DNA of 63,844 bases, the filler included, from Rhabdomonas costata (Eukaryota): assembly GCA_019059605.1 (NCBI GenBank). It is 14 parts of 14 records of this genome, joined end to end, with 100 filler letters (N's around TTAATTAATTAA, not from the genome) between each part and the next. Parts side by side here need not be neighbours in the genome. Positions count along the whole stretch, not along the records: positions 27,482 to 31,929 come from JAHMHO010000240.1; positions 32,030 to 36,515 come from JAHMHO010000241.1; positions 36,616 to 41,054 come from JAHMHO010000242.1; 11 more parts are not named here. The stretch is one strand, 5' to 3'. Each line of letters opens with the position of its first letter. Position 1 is the stretch's first letter. Position numbers and translations under genes: made by a program. Positions 28,042-39,349 of the stretch are shown here, piece after piece. The notes beneath the pieces are model-generated. The model was given only the letters and a program-made list of their open reading frames with translations. It ran no database searches and was not told where the DNA came from.

Positions 28042-29143
28042 TTATATTGTTATAAATACTTGTGATTCAATTTCAATTGCAATATTACGTAATATACCAT
28101 CAACTATTGTATTTTGTTGTTCAATTGTATATTTGTCACGATTATTTATAAAATTATATAGATTATCTAAAATATATTGAATAATAAAATATATTGATAG
28201 TATACCGATACGGATGTCGTTGATCGGACAAGTCTCGGAAACACCGACAAGCCTTGCGATGTCAGAAAGATGAGAGAGAGTTGTTCGAGACGTAAACACC
28301 GGTTTGTACGAAACACGTTGATTGTTCGTGTAGTTGTGGTTAAGAAACTGAAGCAACACACAACCAATAGCCCACACATCAGATGCGGATGTGATCACAC
28401 GACTGTACAGTTGCTTTTGCGCAATGTACCGATAGTCGTGGAATTCTTCGCTAATGAAGGCTCTTCATTCATTGTGTGAAATCCTCCAAGTTTCACAGTC
28501 CCATTTCGGAGAATAAAAATGTTCTCCGGTTTGATATTTCGCAACACCAAACCTGCACGATGGATGTAGAGCAACACATAAAGAAGCTGGTATATGATGT
28601 TCATTACCACCCAACCTCTTCTTGAAGCTCTCGACCTTCTGCAAAAAAAAGATTCACTAAAGTGTGCCCATAGTCACAAACCATGACCAACCGAGGCGAA
28701 AGAAGCACATTGTGAACAGACACAATGTTTGGATGTGTACCCAAATGAATCATCATCTCAATGATTCGAAGATTTCGGTTGTTTTGGCGAAGAGACGCAT
28801 CATCGAACAAGATTGCGCATTTTTCGTCTGTCAACTTGCATGTATTGCAGTGTGGGTCTTGTCCGATCTGATGGAGAACGGGAAATCCCAAAGTATGCAA
28901 CACAATTTGATCGTCGGACCAATTCGCACGTCTCTGAACGGTTGTCTGCTCGTTAGCCATCTCGATGAGCCTTTTTGATTGCGAAGGAGCAAATTGCAGT
29001 AAGAAGTTTTCTTGCCTGTAGTATCCAGTAATTATGTCATAAATCATACTCTGTAAATTAGACAATATCCTATGAGTTCTTTTTGTTCTATATTCATTAA
29101 ATATTCTTTTGAAATATGTTGAACCTACAACAGCTTTTTCCAT
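28042..29143 (-). pseudogene. Intronless, frameshifted Ser/Thr kinase (CMGC/MAPK-like) embedded in an AT-rich ORF
   Basis: Three consecutive frames give HPNIVSVHNVLL...MVCDY / IIYQLLYVLLYIHRAGLVLRNIKPENIFI...VKLGGF / AQKQLYSRVITSASDVWAIGCVL. HRD is replaced by LRN, DFG by GGF and APE by AQK, with frameshifts near 28610 and 28425. Confidence 0.85.
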
Positions 29144-29365
29144 GTGATTAATTCTTTATTTAATTTATATTCTTGTATTTCAATGTCATTGTCATTAAGT
29201 GAAGAATGAAAATAATCTGAATCAAATTCAGAATCACTGCAGAAGCCCCAGAAGATATCCTAAGAACAATGAAATTTGTTGCATATTGAAAATTCATTGT
29301 TCTAAAATATTTTTATACATGTTTGTTTATATATTAAATAATGTTAACTGTATTTTCTTTTTTAT

Positions 29366-29373
29366 AAAATTGA
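29366..29373 (+). promoter_or_regulatory. AAAATTGA motif (mimivirus-type early promoter candidate)
   Basis: Exact AAAATTGA in the AT-rich intergenic region, 30 nt before the ATG at 29404. It could also occur by chance in AT-rich DNA. Confidence 0.35.
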
Positions 29374-29555
29374 TTTCACAAACAAGAAAAAAGCAGTTTG
29401 CCAATGGCACACGCACTATTCTATTTAGCAAAGCACACGAGCAGTTTGCGTGCGCAGTACACCAGCGATGAAGAAGAGGAAGTAAAGGAGAAGGAAAGAG
29501 GCGCAACCATGGTCTGCGCTCAATGTCGGCCTTACCACAGATTGCTTACAGGCCT

Positions 29556-29948
29556 TCAAGCGACTTGTGTCTTGACGACAACGGATGTCGGTCGCTTGCC
29601 ATTATAAAACTGTTGCGTCGTCGAACCTTCCTTCGACTGCCAAGTGGCCAACGGGTCTTCTTTGTCTTCGATTTCGACTGCCCACGTCTCATCGTTGGTT
29701 TGGGCGATAAGACATTCGCGCAATTTGTAAGCCTTCTCTTGATCGGACATGTAAATTTCAATCTGCCAGAAAGGAAAGCTGGCTCTCATCCAAGACTCCG
29801 TATTGGACGTTACGTGCACTGCATTTCGGCACGGCAGATTACCAGTACAGAACTTCGCAATCCTCGTATTCGTATCGATCTTTGTCAATTCGACTTGCAT
29901 CGGTGTGTGGTGAGCAGGAAAGATGACAGAAATCACACAGCTCGTCAT
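29556..29948 (-). CDS. Hypothetical protein (130 aa) in a GC-richer islet
   Basis: ATG-initiated intronless ORF with protein-like composition; no family recognised. Confidence 0.4.
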   Translation of the reverse strand: MTSCVISVIFPAHHTPMQVELTKIDTNTRIAKFCTGNLPCRNAVHVTSNTESWMRASFPFWQIEIYMSDQEKAYKLRECLIAQTNDETWAVEIEDKEDPLATWQSKEGSTTQQFYNGKRPTSVVVKTQVA

Positions 29949-30067
29949 GGCTCTTGGTTTGTTAATGTAAAGAAAAGCGTTAGACGATTGATAGTTTTCT
30001 AATGATTAAAATAAGTTATATAGATTTTACAATTCATTATATTTTCAAGTTTTATAAATAGATCATT

Positions 30068-30114
30068 TAAATAGATCACATATTAACTTATACAGTTAAT
30101 ATGTGATCTATTTA
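30068..30114 (-). terminator. Perfect palindromic hairpin (21-bp stem, 5-nt loop)
   Basis: TAAATAGATCACATATTAACT-tatac-AGTTAATATGTGATCTATTTA, 14 nt downstream of the stop of ORF 30129-30560(-). Its geometry fits Mimiviridae hairpin-directed 3' end formation. Confidence 0.7.
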
Positions 30115-30128
30115 TTTAATATCTACAA

Positions 30129-30560
30129 TCATGAATGTATTATCTTAAAAATTTCAATCCAATTCTTATATTTATTAGCAATGAAACTGTGATTACTTTT
30201 ACAATTTTCTGTCATTATGATATTTTCTTTTCTTTTGGCATTACATAATTTAACCATAATTGACATTGATATAGGATCATAATGTTCTTTATTTATTGAA
30301 TGTAAATAGGTAAAGTCACCTCCTCCTACAGAATAAAAACAATTATAATATATGTTGTTTATATTTGCTGTTGTACAATAAGTATAATTTTTATACTTAT
30401 TGAGATATGTCTTATTCAATATTTTTTCATAATTTGATAAAAGTTTATTATAATCTCTTAGTGTACATACAATATTAGCATTACAATAAAACCAATTCTG
30501 TTGTTCTTTAATTCCATATTTTTTTATTTTCATATGGTATACTTTCATCTTTATGTTCAT
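30129..30560 (-). CDS. AT-rich hypothetical protein (virus-like ORFan, possibly truncated)
   Basis: 143-codon open frame in very AT-rich DNA, K/N/Y/I-rich, followed by the hairpin. Confidence 0.5.
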   Translation of the reverse strand: MNIKMKVYHMKIKKYGIKEQQNWFYCNANIVCTLRDYNKLLSNYEKILNKTYLNKYKNYTYCTTANINNIYYNCFYSVGGGDFTYLHSINKEHYDPISMSIMVKLCNAKRKENIIMTENCKSNHSFIANKYKNWIEIFKIIHS

Positions 30561-31056
30561 CCGATTGAAAACTTGAATTTTTCATACCTAACATGTTAAA
30601 AATATATTTTCTTATAAACTCATCTGTTTTCATACCACTTACAATATGTAATTATAATATGCATTTTTAATGGAATAAATGATGGTTTTCTTTTATTTGT
30701 TTTTTGTATCATTGTTTCAAAATCTAAAAATATCGTTTCATTTTTGTTTACTATTTTATTAAATAATTTTATTGGATTTAATCTAAAATATAATTCAGAT
30801 GCAAAATCATATATACCAGATGAATATACAAAATTTATCTTGTGTGTCTGTTAATTTTTTTGTGCTAAAATAAAAATTGCTAATGCAGTTATTGGTTTTG
30901 AACAAGAAAATATTCTAAATCTGGTTTGTTGTATAACTTTCATATCTTTCAAATTTTTTCCCTATATTTACTATTTACACCATCTACAATTTTTGTTATT
31001 TTTCCATTTAGATTGTGTTTATTTTCCAGTTATTTGAATATAAATTCATATATCAT

Positions 31057-31451
31057 ATGAATTATGATATAAATGAGTATATATCAGAATTATTAGAATT
31101 TACAGTGAGATTAGATTTACATGGAAATACAACAACAAGAACAAAAATAAGAAACAGTAGAGAAAGAGTAGAGACAATAAGTGTATATGAGAATTTTGTT
31201 GTAAATACGGCATTTAAACAAGCGATATGTGATGTGTCAGGATATAGAAAATGTGATATATTTTTACAGGATGAAGGATTCGGACTATTTGATATGAAAA
31301 ATTTTAGTAATATAAATAAGATATTTGAATGTTACAGACGGAATTCCAAATATACATTTATAGCATCACATGAAGAACAATTAAAAACAATTGTGGTGAT
31401 GAGATAACTGTTATAAAAGATGCGGATGGATTTTCAAGAGCAATTTTTTAA
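31057..31451 (+). pseudogene. SbcC/Rad50-type ABC ATPase C-terminal fragment, frameshifted
   Basis: ISVYENFVVNTAFKQAI (decayed LSG signature), DIFLQDEGFGLFD (Walker B / D-loop) and FIASHEEQLK (H-loop). After a frameshift near 31387 it continues NCGDEITVIKDADGFSRAIF*. The N-terminal part is missing. Confidence 0.8.
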
Positions 31452-32420
31452 ATAGCAAAATTATTATTTTATTAAAACAATAAAATATTTATAAAAAATA
31501 TTTTACATTCACAGAATGTAATTCTTTAAAATCACATTCATAGAATATAATTGTAAATACAAGAGAATGATATATAGATTAAAAGCTAATAATATGTTGT
31601 TTACCATAAGTATCAAAGAGACCAGTACCTTTAGAAACAGATGAGTAAGAAAATATTCAATGAAGCAACATTATTTATTAAAATTTGTATCCATTAAATG
31701 TTTTATAAAATCAGAAATTAAATTATATTTTTGTGAATGTTGAAAATCCTGGATTTTTCGGAATTTTAGACGTTATTTTTGGATTCGATTTTGTCCATGA
31801 ATATAAACCATATCAATAACAATTTATTTGTTTTACTATTTAAGACCTATTTTTACATTTTGAAGGATAAAATCGAATCCAAAAATAACGTCTAAAATTC
31901 CGAAAAATCCAGGATTTTCAACACCCACANNNNNNNNNNNNNNNNNNNNNNNNNNNNNNNNNNNNNNNNNNNNTTAATTAATTAANNNNNNNNNNNNNNN
32001 NNNNNNNNNNNNNNNNNNNNNNNNNNNNNGGTGGGGTGGTGCTGGCACGGCGACGCCTGTAGATACCGGTGCTGCCCTTTCCGAAGAAAAGCTCCAAGGG
32101 GCGTTCCCATGAGAAAAGGTTCCAGCCCCCCAAGGAAGGAGTGTGGAATCGCAGAGACCTGAGACGCAATGGAACAATTCAGGTAGCCGCTGGAAATGAG
32201 CAGCTGCGCGACAAAGGCCCGGGACCCGTGAGGCTGAAGGGAGGTTACCAGATGTGGAACGTTCGGTGGTGAGCCGGTTTCGGTTCCCCACGACCGTTCG
32301 CTCCAACGGCACCTCTCGCGAGCACCCTTGGCCAACAGCGCGTGCCAACCAAGTAACCAGGCAACCAGGCAACAGCCAGTGCGCAACACACTCACACTCT
32401 TTCTTTTTCTCACGATTCAG

Positions 32421-35400
32421 ATTCTCCGCGAGAGTCCCCTTCTCCCCCCGAAGAAGTACCTCACCCCCTCGTTCTCCAGCGCAGAGCTTCTGCTCGGCCT
32501 CTCCTCGTCCAGCACCCCACAACCCGCGGCCCCGGCCACCGCGCCAGCCCGATCGCCGCCCCGCAGTGGCTCGGGAAAGCCTCGTTGGTGAGGAGCTCAG
32601 CGGTGAGGAGCGCCTGGGTTGGTTTTCCTCCGCGCCTGTGTGTACATGGCTGTGCAGTTTGTGCAGGTTTGCAAGTGGAGAGTGGTGGTGGTGGTGGGGA
32701 CGCGCCGTTGTTGCCCGTTTCCCCAAAAGTATGTGCATGGAGGACGGAATGTTTGCGTGTGTGTTTCTGTATTCTTCGGATTCTGATATTTGGGATCTGG
32801 AAGAAGTGGGGGGTCAGCTGTCAGCCATTGCTTGTTGGAACAAGCGCATCAGCTCCAAGCCGCCTCTTTTGATTTAAGTAATGGCACTATTGACGCCGTG
32901 ATAGCAGCGTGTTCACCACGCAAAATTTCAGGGAGGGAAAACGGTGGTATGCTATGCTTGAACCGTGGGTTAGTAGTTTATTTTCGCGCGAAGGCCCGCT
33001 CTGGCGCGGCGCCAGGGGACCTCCTGAGCATGTCGAAAGTCGGATTTGCTAGTTTTCGCCCCAGAGTTCTTATTGTGGCAGTCGTGGGGCGAGGTGTTAT
33101 ACCTTGCACCGATCTTTGCGGTTTCGAGCAAGCGCATACGTGTCACAAACATTTTTTATGTTTCTCGTTGGGATTTTCGAGGTGAACTTTGATCTCTATT
33201 GGTGCCATTGGGTTCCTAATTTAATGTTCAATGTGTTTGAGGGTTAATCAAGCGGGTAGCGGTCTCAACACTTTGAGCAACTTTGTGATGTGGGCAACCC
33301 AACATATACGTCGGCGGACAAAACTGAGTGCACGAAGTGCCTCTGATGCGTTTGACTCTCATCAGTCACAGCCCTCCGTCCTCCTTTTACTGTTCTGTGG
33401 CTGTGAGTGTGGGTGACCTTTTGGTTGGAGAAGAGAGAGCCTTTCCGCCCCCGAGCTCTAGAGAGAGATGCCCGTGACAGAGTCCATGGTGGCCGCGGAC
33501 AAGGAGCGCCGCGCGGCGAAGGTGGAGAGGAGGGCCCCGAAGCTGCCCAACAAACACAACGGCACTCCCGTTCCCCCAGAGCTACCCCCAGGTGCTGCTG
33601 CTGCTGCGTAGTGGGTGGTGGGCCCAGTGAAGGACTCATATGTGTGTGGGTGGGGGAATAAAAACATATCATTAGATAAAAACATCCCACTGCGAAAGGA
33701 TGCCAATCCTTCACACAATTCTGTGCGTGCGGGTGGGTGGTTGAGAGAGAGAAGACCTTTCTCAGTCATCATCTTAAGTCTTAAGTCTCGCAACTGCTCG
33801 AGACTGCGTCATCTCCAGGCAACTTATGTCCCCAACCAGGCACCTGCTGGCCCTCGTGTTTCACAGGGGAAGTCCTGGTTGGGTGGGGCCAGATTTGCCT
33901 TCATCCCTACGCCTAATCGAGACCAGCGTGTTAGACCGTGATATGGATTCGAGCCGACCGGTGCCTGACAGTATCCGTACCAGTCTCCCTTCTCGCCCAG
34001 ATCAGTGGGTTGGGTGGGTGGGCGACACAAAACGAAGCTTAGATGAATCACAATTGAAGGGAGCCAGGGGCACGCAACTTGAGATGTCGCCCGTTGCGTT
34101 TCGGTCACCGCTCCACCCACCCACGTTGGTAGTCGACCTGTTTCCCAGGAGATTCCCGCAACACTTCAGTGGGCTCAACTCTTTGACAAGCTGGGTGGCT
34201 GTGGCCGGGGCAGAAGACTCCTCTGAGATGCATCAGGGAGCGTTTACCATCACGTAGCTGCTGCTCATGCCCAGGGCGCAGAGAACATTTGGACCAATTT
34301 AGACTGTTTCCTTTTTCAATTGCTTTATGGCAGTTCTTCACGGGTAAGAGCATGCTTGAATCCAAATTTCCCTAAGGGCTGCTGCAATCTCTTTGTCGGC
34401 GACCAAGGACCCGTTCAGCCGTTCACGCAGCTCACTGGCTCCGACCGACTTGGGCGGGCTTATCGGGACGCTGCCTTTTTTGTAGGGATTCCTCAAGAGG
34501 AGCCGCCCGTGCTACCAGAGCTGAACGGGCGGTGGCCCAACAGCCACGATTTGGGGGTGGCCGAAGTCCGTGCCCTCAAAATGGTTTTCCGGAGGTGCGG
34601 CCTGAGCCCTTCTCCACCCCGCTCCTCCGATCCTCACGCGCATAAATTTAAGAACGCTTGTAACTCATTTTCTGTGGGGTCAACAATTGGAAACCGAAGG
34701 CACCTCAAAAGGGCCTGTGGGCGATTCATTGCCGGAAATAATTGTAAGAAACGCCTCTTTTTTCTGGCGTGACCTCCCTTCTTGCAGGATGTGAAATTCA
34801 GCTCCACTCACTCTCAGAAGCGAAGGCCAAACTCGTCGATGTACGGGCATGAAACAAGCTTGGACACCGCCGTAAAGTGTTCGCGTTTCAGATGCAATCT
34901 GCCGATCAGGCGGTGCAAGCCATACTAACGCACTCTGAAGGCACAGGCACAGGCAAAGGATTTTCAGTGGGGGCACTTTCCGGCTTCTCTGCGGAACAGG
35001 CTGCTGAGTGAGGACCAGCTCTGCGCGGGGTGCCCATCACAGCTGCGGAAGTCCATGGCTCCGGCTGTGGTGCTGCCCTCGTGGGAAGACCACGACGTGC
35101 ACTGCAAGTTCGACCTCTCGCGGGTGGCGTGCGCGTCGGACTCGGTATGGGTTTGAAAAAGGCTTTCGTTGGGCCTGCAGAGGAGCTCCTCACCCCACCC
35201 GCCCCCCTTGTGTGCGCAGCAGGTGTTGCGAAGTGTGTTTCTGTTCACTGTCATTTCTGATCTTGCCCCTGCATTGTTGGCGCTGTTGCTCTGCTCTCTG
35301 CCTTTGTCGGGTTTGAACGATACTTGGGGTGTCTGCGATTCTAAGCCAAAAAGGTTAGAGTGAGGTGGTGGTGGGAGATGGGGTCTTTGTATATGCTTTT

Positions 35401-35919
35401 GTGATTTTTATGTGGGGGTTGACCTGCCTTTCCGTCCGATGGTTTTCCACAGCTCCCAAAAAGTTGAACTGATTTCGGACATTCATCATTCCTGGCTTCA
35501 TACTTGCGCCCGAGTGAGTTTTCTGTGCCTTCGATTTCCTGTTCTGCAGAAGTTTGCCGCCAAGCTGGCCTTAGTGGCGTCGTTCCCCCCGGATCTGGAC
35601 CACAGCAGAGAGCTGTGGACCCACCTCACCGAGGCCTTGCTCTCGCTGCGGTGCGAGGCGGTGCTGCCACCCCGTGGCGAGACCCCCGCGCCCTCCTCCC
35701 CCACGGGTGTTGGCCCCAGCAGTGGGAGCTAGATTGTCTCGTGTGCGGACCCCCCGACCCTGGTGGAGCTCAACTTGGAACTTGGGGTTCCGGTACGCCA
35801 GCCAACCCACGGTGAGATACAGCCGCGGCGGGCTGGCCCGGGTGGTGGTGCAGGCCGTGGATGCCCCGAGGCGCCCGCTGGGGTTCGCGGCCCATGCCAA
35901 GCAGAAGGGTTACTGCGAG
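32421..35919 (+). CDS. Multi-exon gene of unknown function (exon chain unresolved)
   Basis: Several GC-rich blocks bounded by YAG and GT (about 32421-32588, 33466-33591, 34150-34194, 35000-35144, 35550-35919) read as protein-like, for example MPVTESMVAADKERRAAKVERRAPK and KFAAKLALVASFPPDLDHSRELWTHLTEALL. No domain recognised. Confidence 0.4.
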
Positions 35920-36834
35920 GTATTTACTGTGGCCCTTTGTCGTCGCTGTTGTTTTGTGTCTCGGAGTCGTTGTCGCTGCTGTGAAAGTAAAGTGCTTTTG
36001 GTTTCTGCGTTCCTGCCTACAGGCCCTGAACATGCTCCAGGACTTTATCCTTTGAGGTTCTCACCTTTCGCGTGAACGCTCCGACACTGTCTATTACCCA
36101 AAACGCTTTGATGCACTCATCCCCTTGGCGCTGCTTGTCCTTTTCCCTGGGGATTTTCTCCACTGCCTGCAGCAAAGGCGAACGAGGGTCTTGTGGGCTT
36201 CGAAGAGCAGTTGCCGAGGTGTGCCCGGTCCGAAGATGCCCCAGCATGGCCATCAGAGTTTTGGCGTCGCCCACAAGGACACCGTCGGCTTGGTACCAAA
36301 CATCCGAGTCGACGCCTTGGAGACTTTGGGGTGTTGGGTGCTGGGACTTGGCTCACCGTGGGGCTGTGTTGGACTGTCTTCGTCGTGTGCTTTGTCTGTC
36401 TTCTGCTGCGATCCTGTATGACCCCGGTGTGATCCATGATGTTACCCGCTCACTTGGTTTTCCATTGGCGATCCTTCCTCCTATCGAGAGATGTGTAACT
36501 GTAGAAGCCCCACACNNNNNNNNNNNNNNNNNNNNNNNNNNNNNNNNNNNNNNNNNNNNTTAATTAATTAANNNNNNNNNNNNNNNNNNNNNNNNNNNNN
36601 NNNNNNNNNNNNNNNGGTTGTGTGTGGTGTGTTTGGGGGGTGTGGGCAGGAATGCCTTTACCATCTAATCATCATCCGACAGCTATCTGGAAGAGGACTG
36701 TTTTGCTTCCTTCTTCTGCTTCTTTTCCACAAGAACACCCACCTTTTTGGGACACATTGTGTGTTGAATGGGACGTCTCATTTCCATTCATAAGCAGCAG
36801 TGATACCCATTGTTCTCACTTTTTCTTCTCTCAC

Positions 36835-37857
36835 CTGGATCTGTTCTGAAGAAATCTCACGATCTGCGATCCAGTCCCACGACACACGTGTATAGTGCTG
36901 TGCAGTGTTCAGTCTTGCCCCATCAGCCACTCAAAAAGAACGTCTAAGACACAGTGTTTCGCACCCGCAAGCCCCTCCAGCTTGACAATGATGTCGTTCT
37001 TCTTGCGGATGCGGTTCTCCAGGTCCTTGATTTTGGCACTGGACTCCACCGGGGACAGCGGCCTCGACGGAGTGCGCGAGGTGGGCAACGAGGGCTTCCT
37101 CGCTTCTGCAGCAGACCCCACCGCCCTCCCGTTCCTTTCCTTCCCGAAAGTCAATCCACCCGTGTGCTGTGACGCTGCCACCTCAGATATCGCTCTGAAA
37201 ATAGTTCCGCAGCATAAAACCGCGCTGGCTGGCTTATCCAAAACAATGAAAAGTAACAGCGCAGAAAAATACCCCCCAGAAAAAAAAATGCGGAAGAAGA
37301 GGGCAGAGAGGGACATGTTACGTTTGCTCAGGCGCTGTCACACCACCAGAAAAGGCAGAACCACAGCAAAGTAAAGGCGCCCACCCCCCAAAAAGACGTC
37401 CGGTTCTGCCCAGCTCACGGTCCTCTGAACCTCGAACGTCGGGTATTGTGGGTGATTGTGGGGATGGGGCTGCACGAGGAGAGAGCAGTAGAGACCCAAG
37501 CGCACCTGTTTCCCAGGCGAGGTCTGCGGCGATTCTCCTGCGGGTCGCGGGGTCTCCCATGGCCAGGAACTCGCGGTGGCCCTGGAGCCGGCGCTTCTCA
37601 TGAATTCCCAGGTTACACTCCGCACACAGGCACAGGCGGCAGCCTGTGCAGTACAGCAGTGCTTGGGAGGTCTCACACCACTCGCAGGGCCCGGCGGTTG
37701 TGGGCCCGAGGGGCGGGGAGACACTCCCATCCGTGGGGGAAGGCAAGCCCTCCAGCGGGGTAGTCAGCGCGGCCGAGGCTGTAGGGGTGGTGGAGGGGGC
37801 AGGGAGCTCGCCCCCGGTGGGCATGCTGGGAGCGGTCTCCACAATGCTCACCGCAGA
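36835..37857 (-). CDS. B-box zinc finger plus coiled-coil protein (partial, 3 exons)
   Basis: Exons 37857-37419, 37105-36965 and 36863-36835 are phase-consistent. They encode CEWCETSQALLYCTGCRLCLCAECNLGIHEKRRLQGH (B-box pattern) and KIKDLENRIRKKNDIIVKLE. Confidence 0.8.
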
Positions 37858-38061
37858 CTATACAGGAACGTATGCAGAAGGGAGGAGGGCCGAACCTGAC
37901 GCGTGTTGGTCAGATCACACCAGCCCCCCATGGCAGTAATTAAGGGATGAGAGTGGGGGATGAGAGTGTTGGGTGAAAGGGATAAATTGTGATTTAAAAT
38001 ATATAATGCCTTGCTGGAGTGAGTTTCGAAGTAATTGAAGGGATGAGAGGGAGAAGAAAGA

Positions 38062-38095
38062 AGGTAGGTAGGTAGGTAGGTAGGTAGGTAGGTAA
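38062..38095. repeat. (AGGT)n microsatellite
   Basis: About 8 tandem AGGT units. Confidence 0.9.
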
Positions 38096-39349
38096 GGAAG
38101 ACAAGCATCATCTCGAGGAAACGAAGCGATGGCCGTGCATCCTCGCTGCTGCGGGGGGAGGGGTGACGAGAGAGCTTCGAGTTTCACCCGCTTGGCCGAA
38201 TTGCAAAGCTTGCTGGTCTCGTATATCCCATGGCAAAGATTGTTTGCGTTTTTTTCAACACATTTGTTGTGCGGATGTGTGATAAAGGGTCCCGATGAAG
38301 TTCGTAAGAAATGAACTTCTTTTTGCAGGACCAACGTTTTGCCCGTTCCCACAGGTTTTTGGGTATTTTCTACAGCCGTTTTTTATCATCACATTCTCAG
38401 ACAATACACGCACACACACCTCCACCGTACTACCTGCCAGAGGTGCCTCATCGAAACCCTATGAGAACTGCCCTTCGGCTGTGTGCTGCTCATTGGTGCC
38501 TGTGGTTGCTTCTTCCTTGTCCTCGGGGAAAACAGAAGTCTTCGGAGAAAACCAAAACACCCCATGCCGTGAATCATCGTTCGGACAAGAAAGCGGAGCT
38601 ACCGAACCGATTCTCAACTCACTCCGCGAGTTGCGGAGGGAAGAACGGTACGGTAAGAAAGATGGTGGGCACACGAGCGTCCATCGAAGCAGGCGTGCCA
38701 ACGCTCTGCACCCCACCCATGTGCAAAACCTTGAAGGCCTGCAGCAGGGACATTTCTTCTCGCGAGGAGGTCGGCAAGAGAGTCGCACCGCCGCTTGGTC
38801 GCGTGCTCTACGCACTACAGGGGGGATGACACCAAGGCAAGCCTGCCAGAGCGCCGCACAAAAGACATCACAGTATCGAATCAAACCAAAAACGAACAAG
38901 CCATCTGAGCAACGGGAAAAAGTAGAAAACCCACCAACGTAACCCTGGAATCTCTTTTGTTTGTCTGTACCACGTGTCTGCTCGCCCGCCCATCTGCTTA
39001 GAAATCGTGCGTCCCTCAGCGCCACTGCTACCTGACAATGTGTAGACATGTGTAGACAATGTTATTCTTGGCGGTTGTGTTGTTTCCGTTTCCATCTGGA
39101 AAAACAAGTTCTTGCGTCTCTTTTTCAAGTGAACAAGTGGCATTGCCATCCAACACACGAAAAAGAACACAAGAAAAAGAACGCATATGAAACAATACTG
39201 GCAATCAGCGGAGACAATATAGGCTCTCCGGCGTTGTGAAATCCCGCTCCCTTTTTTGTTACCGTGGATCAAAAACCGTACCCAACATACAGCACTTCGT
39301 CACATGCACACGTACAATACAGCATTGCTCTCCAGGCAGAAAGTTTTCT

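Larger units (their letters stand above)
27482..31929. mobile_element. AT-rich, intronless, giant-virus-like (Nucleocytoviricota, Imitervirales-like) contig with decayed genes
   Basis: Far more AT-rich than the other contigs, with no recognisable spliceosomal introns. It carries K/N/I/Y-rich ORFs, an SbcC/Rad50 C-terminus, a perfect 21-bp 3' hairpin and an AAAATTGA motif. Viral origin is an inference. Confidence 0.6.

Noticed and set aside
31738-31923. 59-bp near-perfect inverted repeat at the end of the virus-like contig
   Set aside because: It ends at the contig terminus before a C/A tail and cannot be separated from an amplification fold-back. Worth revisiting only if interior copies exist elsewhere.
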